Shown: in pieces, positions 44,557 through 51,764 of the stretch
How the letters are laid out: each line of letters opens with the position of its first letter
Numbering within the stretch: position 1 is the stretch's first letter
DNA from: Candidatus Omnitrophota bacterium
GTDB lineage: Bacteria; Omnitrophota; Gorgyraeia; Duberdicusellales; 4484-171
DNA length: 63,895 bases
Assembly: GCA_014729775.1 (NCBI GenBank)
Contig: WJJJ01000032.1
Location: 1 to 63,895 of the forward strand
Direction of reading: 5' to 3'
The notes under the pieces: generated by a model
Told to the model about the DNA's origin: nothing
The model's database searches: none
What the model saw: only the letters and a program-made list of their open reading frames with translations
Translations under genes and position numbers: made by a program

Positions 44557-46211
44557 GGAAATATTACAAATTTTTCACCGTATTGATAAGCTGTCTTTTT
44601 TGCCTGTCGCTGCCTTGTGCGGCCCAGCGGGACTTTTATGATTACCTTCAGGAAGAGGAGACCGCAGGGCAAGTGATGGTCAACAACGTGTTTTATGAAA
44701 CCGACGTGCGCCAGGCATTACAGGATATTTCAGCCCAGACTGAAGTACCCATTGTGGTCGGTCCTTCGGTGGAAGGGTTTGTGAGCCTGGAACTGAAAAA
44801 CGTGCCGCTGGAAGACGCGCTGACCATGCTCCTGGTACCGCTGGGCTATTCCTACAAAAGGGTCGAGAACTACTACATAGTGGGTCTTGCCAAGCCGGAA
44901 AGTCCGGTATTCGATATGCTGGCCAAGACCGAAGTGATCCGGCTCAGTTATATCAAAGCGGCCGATGCGGTTGAATTGATTTCGGAGTTTTTTAAACCGT
45001 ACGTGAAAGCGAACGAATACAATAATTCGGTCGCGATCACTGCGCCGCAGAATATTATTGACCGCTTTAAGGAAGATATCCGCAAGATCGATCATCCTCG
45101 TCAGCAGGTAATGATGGAAGCCCTGGTGGTGGAGGTATCGGAATCAGGCCGCAAAGAACTCGGCGTGGAGTGGGGCAGTATGCAGGAAGGCGGGTTTTCG
45201 GTAAGCCCTCCCGGTGACGTGGAATATACCAATTATTTAGGAATCGGGAGCCAGAGCGACCAGTATGAAGTCGCCGGGACGGTCACCCGCGACACCCTGC
45301 TGACGCTGAAGACCCTTATCCAGACCGGGCGCGCTTCGATCCGGGCCAATCCCCGTATTGCCGCGCTCGACGGGGAGGAGGCGAGTATTTTCATCGGCCG
45401 GGAAGAGTGGTTTCTGATCAATACCGGTTCCCAGGCCTATCCTTATAATACCCTGCAGTCGATTAAAACCGGAGTGACGCTTAAGATTACTCCCAATGTC
45501 TCGGCCGACGGACAGATTACCGTGAAGATACAGCCGGAAGTAAGCGAGGTCGTGGGCACGCAGAGCGCCCAGCAGCTGCCGATCGTCAATAGCCGCAACG
45601 TTTCCACGACGATCCGGGTCACCGACGGGGAAACGATCGTCATCGGCGGACTGCGTCAGCAGAATACCCAAACGACTGAGCGGCGCACGCCCGGTCTGGG
45701 CAGACTGCCGCTGGTCGGCGGATTATTCCGCAGTGACAACATGACCTCCGAAGACAAAGAAGTGCTGATTTTTATCACTCCCCATCTTTCGCCTCGGGAA
45801 ATCATCGAGCTGGGGAACAAGACCGCCGCGACCGTAGACGCGCCGCGCGGCCGGGCGTCTGACCAGCGGATGACCGTAGCCGATCTGGCGGTGCTGTCAA
45901 ACTCCCAGCGGGAGCAGGTACGGGAGTATATTTCTCTCGTGCGCAATGTCTTAAGCGACGCGCGGTTGAACGATTTACTGCTCAGCGTGCACGACGATTC
46001 CGTGCGCAGCCGGGCGGTGGTGATCCGCTTTGACGTCAGTCAGCAGGGCTACGTCCAGCGCTTCGAATTTCTTCAGCCGTCCGGTTCTCCGGTCGTCGAT
46101 CGGGTGATCGAAGAGGCGGTAAGGGAAGCCAGCCCGTTCCCGCCCTTTCCCAAAACCATCGGCAAAAAGGCTCTTACCGTGCGCATTCCGTTTTACCTGC
46201 AGCGCCGCTGA
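44553..46211 (+). CDS. secretin-family outer-membrane channel with N-terminal STN-like domain and C-terminal TonB-C-like domain
   Basis: Domains in order: signal peptide; STN/N0-like 'VRQALQDISAQTEVPIVVGPSVEGFVSLELKNVPLEDALTMLL'; a Secretin_N repeat; the secretin core 'PIVNSRNVSTTIRVTDGETIVIGGL...LPLVGGLFRS...VLIFITPHL'. A ~120-aa tail follows with 'VVIRFDVSQQGYVQRFEFLQPSGSPVVDRVIEEAVREASPFPPFP'. ATGA overlap with the upstream gene. Confidence 0.8.
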   Translation: MRKYYKFFTVLISCLFCLSLPCAAQRDFYDYLQEEETAGQVMVNNVFYETDVRQALQDISAQTEVPIVVGPSVEGFVSLELKNVPLEDALTMLLVPLGYSYKRVENYYIVGLAKPESPVFDMLAKTEVIRLSYIKAADAVELISEFFKPYVKANEYNNSVAITAPQNIIDRFKEDIRKIDHPRQQVMMEALVVEVSESGRKELGVEWGSMQEGGFSVSPPGDVEYTNYLGIGSQSDQYEVAGTVTRDTLLTLKTLIQTGRASIRANPRIAALDGEEASIFIGREEWFLINTGSQAYPYNTLQSIKTGVTLKITPNVSADGQITVKIQPEVSEVVGTQSAQQLPIVNSRNVSTTIRVTDGETIVIGGLRQQNTQTTERRTPGLGRLPLVGGLFRSDNMTSEDKEVLIFITPHLSPREIIELGNKTAATVDAPRGRASDQRMTVADLAVLSNSQREQVREYISLVRNVLSDARLNDLLLSVHDDSVRSRAVVIRFDVSQQGYVQRFEFLQPSGSPVVDRVIEEAVREASPFPPFPKTIGKKALTVRIPFYLQRR

Positions 46212-46269
46212 AATGGGGACGGTTCTGTTTTTTGATTCCCGGAGAACGAGGCCGTACCCGAAAAAAACC

Positions 46270-46297
46270 TTGCGATACACAATCGCTATGTTATAAT
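46270..46297 (+). promoter_or_regulatory. sigma70-type promoter of tRNA-Phe
   Basis: TTGCGA (46270-46275), 16 nt spacer, TATAAT (46292-46297), with an extended -10 TG at 46289-46290. Confidence 0.5.
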
Positions 46298-46372
46298 TGC
46301 TCATTATCCGGCCGCAGGGCCGGTGATAATCTGGATACACAGGATTTTCCTGCGAAAGTTTTCTTCTTCCGT

Positions 46373-46445
46373 GGCGAGGTAGCTCAGAAGGTAGAGCGAG
46401 GGACTGAAAATCCCTGCGTCAGGGGTTCGATTCCCTTCCTCGCCA
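46373..46445 (+). tRNA. tRNA-Phe (GAA)
   Basis: 73-nt cloverleaf folded by hand: acceptor GGCGAGG/CCTCGCC, D-arm GCTC/GAGC, anticodon arm AGGGA-CTGAAAA-TCCCT, T-arm AGGGG-TTCGATT-CCCTT, discriminator A. CCA is not encoded. Confidence 0.9.
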
Positions 46446-46588
46446 CTTTCACGTTTTCATTGAAAAACGCGCGTGCCGACGCATCAAGCGACGTAGGCAG
46501 ATGCGTGAGCGAGCCGGGGAACAACGTCGAATACATGTTGCTGCGCAACCGTTGTTGCCCTTCCTCGCCACTTTCACGTTTTCATTGA
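46423..46588 (+). repeat. direct repeat copy A
   Basis: Copy A comprises the tRNA-Phe 3' 23 nt, a 124-nt hairpin unit, and a second copy of the tRNA 3' end plus trailer. The 31-nt block CCCTTCCTCGCCACTTTCACGTTTTCATTGA occurs at 46433-46463 and 46558-46588. The 124-nt unit between them (46446-46569) ends in a long hairpin (46509-46568). Confidence 0.8.
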
Positions 46589-46659
46589 GTGTAGACCTTT
46601 GTTCTTTGTGTAGTGGATGAAAACGAGTGAAGAAGCGAAGCCCTGACGTAAAAGGGAGT

Positions 46660-46681
46660 CTGAGGGAAAATTTTCCCTCAG
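46660..46681. repeat. perfect 22-bp palindrome
   Basis: CTGAGGGAAAATTTTCCCTCAG, followed by a T-rich tract. It lies in the 209-bp unique segment between the two repeat copies. Confidence 0.8.
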
Positions 46682-46797
46682 AGTATTTTCTCTTCTTTGA
46701 AGGAAGGGGAGTGACAGCCCCGGTGACAGGTCGGGGCGTCAGAGAGGGGAAACGTAGTTTCCCCTTTATGAGGAGGAGTGCAGCGACGAGCGTCAGC

Positions 46798-46961
46798 GGG
46801 TTCGATTCCCTTCCTCGCCACTTTCACGTTTTCATTGAAAAAAGCGCGTGTCGACGCAGGCAGCGGCGCCGGCCGCACGAGAAGCGAGCCGGGGAACAAC
46901 GTAAAATACATGTTGTTGCGCAACCGTTGTTGCCCTTCCTCGCCGCGCTCACGTGTTCATC
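46798..46961 (+). repeat. direct repeat copy B
   Basis: Copy B comprises a pseudo tRNA-Phe 3' end, a 124-nt hairpin unit, and a fourth copy of the acceptor 3' strand. Positions 46798-46858 match 46423-46483 at about 59/61 nt. The 31-nt block recurs at 46808-46838, the unit spans 46821-46944, and CCCTTCCTCGCC recurs at 46933-46944. The offset between copies is exactly 375 nt. Confidence 0.8.
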
Positions 46962-47095
46962 TTCTTTTTAAACATACTTCATATCGTATCGCGCATCGAA
47001 ACACCATCCGCGCGTCTGCTTCTTCGCGAAAACCATTCGCTTCTCAGCACATTCTCGGCACTCAATCCGGTGTATCATGGAACAGGGAGGTGGAT

Positions 47096-48553
47096 ATGCG
47101 AATCCTGTGGGTAGGAGTGTGTCTATGGATGAGTGTGATCCCTTCGGCGTACGCTGCGTTCCAACCGGTGCACGGCATTGACGATGCCTACATCGTGGAC
47201 GCGGAATTTTCTCCGTTCGATCCTTCCGTCATCTACGCGGCGTCGCGCAACAGCCTCTATGTGCGCGCCGGCGGTCGGGAGCGTTTTGACAAGCTCGCGG
47301 TTTACAAGGATGAACACGTCCGCCGGGTAATATGCGATCCAACTGTTGCCGGACAAATATATGTGGTGACCTCACGCAGTGTGTACCTGCGCGACGGAAC
47401 CCAGGAAAAAGTCTTTTCCGTGCCGGACGAAGAACAAATCCTTTCCGCCGCGATAGAGGAGAAAGCCATTTATGTCGGCACAGACCAAAATCTGTATTAT
47501 TCCGGACGAGGACTGCGGCAGTGGAATACCGTGAAAGGAATGCGGGAAAATCCGGTGTACGGTCTTACTCCCGCTCCGGCCGGGATGTATTGCGCGTCGG
47601 CAAAAGGGGTCCTGCTGCTGGAAAGGGCCCGGATCGTGAAACGGCTGTTCGTCTTCCCTTCGTCGGAGGAGGAGGCGTTCGAAGAAGCGCGGGTGGTCCA
47701 TGTCGATATCGCGAACCCTCAGAAGATATGGCTGGGAACTACCCGCGGATTATACCTTTCCGAGGACGGAGGAGGGTCGTGGCAAAAACTGTATCTTCCC
47801 GGCATGCAGAGCAGTGCGGTCGCCGATCTGGCGCAGACATCACTGGCGGCCCAGTTCCTCTACGCGGCTACCGAGCACGGCGTGTTTCAGATCCATACCG
47901 GTAACCGGCGGGTGAACGTAATTTACGAGGGGCTTGTCTCCTCGGACGTCAACGCCGTTATCTTTGCTCCCGAAGGGGTAATGTATGCGGCCACCCCGCG
48001 GGGATTTTTCCGGCACGCGTATTTTTCCCCGTTCGACCCGCCGGAATCTTTGCGTAAAATACTTGTGCGGGAGCCGGATATTCGGGAAGTGCAGGAAGCG
48101 GTATTACGCTATAACGAGATCAGCCCGGAAAAAATCCGCCGGTGGCGTAACAGTGTCCGCTACCGGGCTTTGTTCCCCACGGTTAATCTTGATTATGACA
48201 AAACTATTTACGGCACTGCGGGCGGGAGCTCTTACGACGGGAAATGTTTTGTCGGCCCGAGGGACTGGGGAGTCCGTCTTTCCTGGGATGTCGGCGATCT
48301 GATATGGAATCCGTATGAGGACGACATTGATACCCGTTCGCGGCTCAATACCCAGCTGCGGCTTGATGTCCTTGATGAAATCAACCGGGTGTATTTTGAA
48401 CGGCTCCGGCTCAAGATGCGTCTGGCGTCGGGCGAGCTTACGAAAGAGGAATATCGAAAAACCCACTTGCGCATGCGGGAGCTAACTGCTATCCTAAATG
48501 GATATACCGGCGGTTTTTTCAGCCGGCGCTGTAAGGAGCTCCATGAACGATAA
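47096..48553 (+). CDS. secreted BNR/Asp-box beta-propeller-like protein with helical C-terminal region
   Basis: The ATG at 47096 is preceded by GGGAGG. Signal peptide 'MRILWVGVCLWMSVIPSAYA' and Asp-box 'SEDGGGSWQKL'. The upstream part of the 46778 ORF only translates the tRNA-derived repeats. Confidence 0.5.
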   Translation: MRILWVGVCLWMSVIPSAYAAFQPVHGIDDAYIVDAEFSPFDPSVIYAASRNSLYVRAGGRERFDKLAVYKDEHVRRVICDPTVAGQIYVVTSRSVYLRDGTQEKVFSVPDEEQILSAAIEEKAIYVGTDQNLYYSGRGLRQWNTVKGMRENPVYGLTPAPAGMYCASAKGVLLLERARIVKRLFVFPSSEEEAFEEARVVHVDIANPQKIWLGTTRGLYLSEDGGGSWQKLYLPGMQSSAVADLAQTSLAAQFLYAATEHGVFQIHTGNRRVNVIYEGLVSSDVNAVIFAPEGVMYAATPRGFFRHAYFSPFDPPESLRKILVREPDIREVQEAVLRYNEISPEKIRRWRNSVRYRALFPTVNLDYDKTIYGTAGGSSYDGKCFVGPRDWGVRLSWDVGDLIWNPYEDDIDTRSRLNTQLRLDVLDEINRVYFERLRLKMRLASGELTKEEYRKTHLRMRELTAILNGYTGGFFSRRCKELHER

Positions 48554-49565
48554 ACCGTATGTGTTGATTATGTGCGGAGGACAGTCTGTCCGGCTGTGGC
48601 CGCTGTCAGAATACAAAAGCAAGAATTTTCTCGATCTGTTCGGATTCTCTCCCCTGGAACACACGATCCGGCGGTTTCTTAAAGTGACCACGAAGGATCG
48701 GATCTTTCTGGTCGCCAATCAGTCCGAAAGGGCCTCTTTGAGGAGGATCCGTTCTCTGCCCTCAAAGAATATCTTTTACGAACCGGCCAGCCGCAATACC
48801 GCGGCGGCGGTGCTGTTCGCGTTACGTAAGATGCCGCGGAAGGTGAAAGGAACGCTGGTCATTTCCCCGGTGGACCATTATATCCGGCCGGAGGGGAAAT
48901 TTCGAAGCGCGCTGACAAAAGCGCTACGGGCTGCGCACACCGGAACGATCTGTACTCTCGGCGTCAGACCGGATTCACCCTCGGTGCACATGGGGTATAT
49001 TCAGGCCGGGATGCAGCGCGGGCGCAATCTCTATGAGGTGCACCGTTTCGTGGAGAAACCTTCTGTGGCACAGGCGAAACGGCTTTTGCGCGGAAAGAAG
49101 ACATTTTTTAACTGCGGGCTGTTTATCGCGCCTGTCCGGGTGCTGTGGGAGGAATTCGAGCGATGGTATCCGTTCACTTCGCTGTTTTGCAACGCGCGCG
49201 CCCACGCGGATTTTCGCCGGGTGTACCGAAAAATTCCCGCGGAGCCGTTCGATAAAGTGATTATGGAAAAGACCCGCCGGCGGGCCGTGGTACACGGGCA
49301 ATTTTCCTGGAAAGACTTCGGCAGCTGGCACACGGTATACGAATTGCTTAAGAAAGACTCTCAGGGAAATGCGCTGAACGGAAATGTGTGTGCTGTGCGG
49401 GCGAAGAACAACTGCGTGTATCTGACCGGGGAGAAGAAAAAACTTCTGTTGATGGGGCTCGAGGATGTATTTGTGATCGACACTCCCGAGCACACGTTCA
49501 TCGCGCACCGGCAGGAACTGGATAATCTGAAAGCGACACTGCGCCGGTTGAATCTGCGCGGCTGA
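48543..49565 (+). CDS. mannose-1-phosphate guanylyltransferase-like nucleotidyltransferase
   Basis: 'YVLIMCGGQSVRLWPLS' (GGxGxRLxPL-type motif) and 'GYIQAG...VHRFVEKP'. Its start overlaps the stop of the upstream gene. Confidence 0.7.
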   Translation: MNDKPYVLIMCGGQSVRLWPLSEYKSKNFLDLFGFSPLEHTIRRFLKVTTKDRIFLVANQSERASLRRIRSLPSKNIFYEPASRNTAAAVLFALRKMPRKVKGTLVISPVDHYIRPEGKFRSALTKALRAAHTGTICTLGVRPDSPSVHMGYIQAGMQRGRNLYEVHRFVEKPSVAQAKRLLRGKKTFFNCGLFIAPVRVLWEEFERWYPFTSLFCNARAHADFRRVYRKIPAEPFDKVIMEKTRRRAVVHGQFSWKDFGSWHTVYELLKKDSQGNALNGNVCAVRAKNNCVYLTGEKKKLLLMGLEDVFVIDTPEHTFIAHRQELDNLKATLRRLNLRG

Positions 49566-49634
49566 CAAGGTCGCAGCGACGTGTGTCGTGAATTCTTACG
49601 CATTGGCTTCGGAGTCTGAAGGCAAGGAGGAGAC

Positions 49635-50699
49635 ATGGAGAAAGAATCTCTGGATTTTCTCACCCAATTGATAGGTGCCATAAGTCCTTCCGGGTATGAG
49701 CAGCGCGCCGCGAAGTTGTGGCAGACGCGTACCGCACTGTGCGGGGCCTCCGTGAAGACCGACGTGCATGGAAATTCCATCGCGTGTCTGGGCACCAAGG
49801 AAACCCCGCGGATCATGCTGGCGGGTCACATTGACGAAATCGGCTACATGATCAAGTATATTGATAAAGAGGGTTTTTTGTATTTCGCGCCGGTCGGAGG
49901 GATCGATCCGCAGTTGATGCCCGGACAGCGTGTCTGGGTGCAGGGGAAAAAGGATCGTGTACTCGGGTTGATCGGCAAAAAGCCGATCCATCAGCTGGAT
50001 GAGTCGGAACGGAAAAAAGTAGTGAAGGTAGATCAGTTATGGATCGATATCGGTGTGCGCAATGAAGAAGAAGCGCGGGAGCTGGTGTCGGTGGGGGACG
50101 TGGCGGTACCGGCCGTGGGACTGGAAGAAACGCGGAACCGGCGCTATGTGGGGCGCGGATTCGACGACCGCGCCGGCGCGTTCACCGTCAGCGAAACCCT
50201 CAAAGCGCTGGCGGCCTCACCGCCGCCGGCCTCGGTGTTCGGCGTGGCCACGGTGCAGGAGGAAATCGGGATCCGGGGAGCGCGGACCAGCGCTTACGGG
50301 ATCGATCCGCATGTCGGGATTTGCGTGGAGGTGACCTTCGCGAGCGATTCGCCCGGGATGAATAAACGCAAGGAAGGCGATGTGCGGCTGGACGCGGGGC
50401 CGGTTCTCGGCCGGGGGCCGAATATCAATCCCAAGGTGTTCGAAACGCTGGTAAGAGCCGCTGAGGAGTATGGTATTCCGTACCAGATCGAAGCGCAGCC
50501 CCGGGCAACCGGTACCGACGCGAACGTGATGCAGCTGACCCGGGCCGGAGTGGCGACCGGACTGGTGAGCATTCCCCTGCGGTACATGCACACACCGGTG
50601 GAACTGCTCAGCTTAAACGATGTGCAGAATACGGTGAAACTGTTGGAGAAAGGAGTGAAGGCGCTCGCGGAAGTCCCTTCGTTCCTTCCTTCGATCTAA
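49635..50699 (+). CDS. M42-family metallopeptidase (FrvX/aminopeptidase-like)
   Basis: 'IMLAGHIDEIGYMIKYIDKEGFLYFAPVGGID' and 'GRGFDDRAG' motifs. Confidence 0.8.
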   Translation: MEKESLDFLTQLIGAISPSGYEQRAAKLWQTRTALCGASVKTDVHGNSIACLGTKETPRIMLAGHIDEIGYMIKYIDKEGFLYFAPVGGIDPQLMPGQRVWVQGKKDRVLGLIGKKPIHQLDESERKKVVKVDQLWIDIGVRNEEEARELVSVGDVAVPAVGLEETRNRRYVGRGFDDRAGAFTVSETLKALAASPPPASVFGVATVQEEIGIRGARTSAYGIDPHVGICVEVTFASDSPGMNKRKEGDVRLDAGPVLGRGPNINPKVFETLVRAAEEYGIPYQIEAQPRATGTDANVMQLTRAGVATGLVSIPLRYMHTPVELLSLNDVQNTVKLLEKGVKALAEVPSFLPSI

Positions 50700-50706
50700 T
50701 CACAAG

Positions 50707-51369
50707 ATGAAACATGTGACCGTCGCGCAGATGAGGGAGTATGACCGTCGGGCGATCGAAGAGTATGAAATCCCGGCGATGATTCTCATGGAAAACGCGG
50801 GGCTTCGCGCCGCGGAAGTCGCCGCGGAAATACGGCCTTCGGATCCGGATACGGTGTGTGTGCTCTGCGGCAAGGGGAATAACGCCGGCGACGGTTTCGT
50901 GTGCGCCCGGCATCTGCTCAATAAAGGCATGCGGGTCGTGGTGGTGTGTTTCGGCCGGGAGGATGATCTTTCTCCGGAAGCAGCGGCCAATTACCGTATT
51001 CTCACCCATATGGATGCCGAGATCCTTCTCGGTGCCTCGGCCCGGGAGGGTTATTCCCGGGAAATCGATGCCGCGGGGCTGGTAATCGATGCCTTATGCG
51101 GGGTCGGAATCCAGGGCGCGCTGCGAGAACCTTTGGCTTCAGTCGTGCACTATTTGAACCATGCCAGGAAACCGGTATTGGCGCTTGATGTACCTTCCGG
51201 ACTCAACGCCGACGACGGTACGGTTGAAGGGATGGCGGTCCGAGCGCAGACTACGGTGACCTTCGCGTTTCCCAAGCGCGGGTTCATTCAAGCCGACGGG
51301 CCGGAATTTTGCGGAAGGGTAGTGGTCGCGGATATTTCGATCCCGCGGGAAAGGGGAGACCGCTCATGA
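50707..51369 (+). CDS. nnrE: NAD(P)H-hydrate epimerase (YjeF N-terminal domain)
   Basis: 'LMENAGLRAAEV' and 'LCGKGNNAGDGFVCARHL'. Confidence 0.8.
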   Translation: MKHVTVAQMREYDRRAIEEYEIPAMILMENAGLRAAEVAAEIRPSDPDTVCVLCGKGNNAGDGFVCARHLLNKGMRVVVVCFGREDDLSPEAAANYRILTHMDAEILLGASAREGYSREIDAAGLVIDALCGVGIQGALREPLASVVHYLNHARKPVLALDVPSGLNADDGTVEGMAVRAQTTVTFAFPKRGFIQADGPEFCGRVVVADISIPRERGDRS

Positions 51370-51689
51370 GCAGAGACCAGTTTTCCTTCCCGGAAATCGA
51401 CAGGGCCCGCAAGATCCTTGGACTGGATTGGGAAGCGTCGGTAGGAGAGGTGCGCCAGCAGTACCGGAAGTTTTCCAAGCAGTTTCACCCGGATACCTGT
51501 TCCGAAGAGAGCAAAAAGGAATGCGAGGAAAAATACAAAGAAGTGACCTGGGCGTATCATACGCTCATGGAGTACATTTCCGCATTCCGTATTTCCTTCC
51601 GCGAAAAAGAAGTAAAACAGATGAGTATGGATAAATTAACCTATCGTCATCTTCAGCAGTTTTACGATGACTGGTGGGGAAACATTTAA
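51366..51689 (+). CDS. J-domain protein
   Basis: 'ARKILGLDWEASVGEVRQQYRKFSKQFHPD' contains the HPD motif. 107 aa, with an ATGA-type overlap with nnrE. Confidence 0.6.
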   Translation: MSRDQFSFPEIDRARKILGLDWEASVGEVRQQYRKFSKQFHPDTCSEESKKECEEKYKEVTWAYHTLMEYISAFRISFREKEVKQMSMDKLTYRHLQQFYDDWWGNI

Positions 51690-51711
51690 GCCTTCGGCTT
51701 CAAAATAATCC

Positions 51712-51740
51712 TTGAGTAACCTTTCCTTTATTGATAATAT
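51712..51740 (+). promoter_or_regulatory. sigma70-type promoter of the radical-SAM/yggS operon
   Basis: TTGAGT (51712-51717), 17 nt spacer, TAATAT (51735-51740), with an extended -10 TG at 51732-51733. Confidence 0.5.
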
Positions 51741-51764
51741 CAGTATTTCGAAAGGGAACACACG

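Noticed and set aside
46433-46944. Possible CRISPR-like array (31-nt repeat recurring at 46433, 46558 and 46808, and partially at 46933).
   Set aside because: The 'repeat' is the tRNA-Phe 3' end plus trailer. Two of the 'spacers' are homologous to each other (the 124-nt units), the spacing is irregular (125/250/125 nt), and there are no cas genes.
46232-47095. ORFs 46232-46588, 46627-46971, and the first 106 codons of ORF 46778-48553.
   Set aside because: They translate the tRNA-Phe gene and its 3'-end repeats, which is why they share the peptide '...IPFLATFTFSLK...NRCCPSSP'. The real CDS starts at ATG 47096, which has a GGGAGG SD and a signal peptide.
46212-47095. Integrated prophage or genomic island at tRNA-Phe.
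   Set aside because: Duplicated tRNA 3' ends are present, but the bracketed DNA totals less than 0.5 kb. It encodes no integrase, excisionase or any other credible protein. This is at most a relic.
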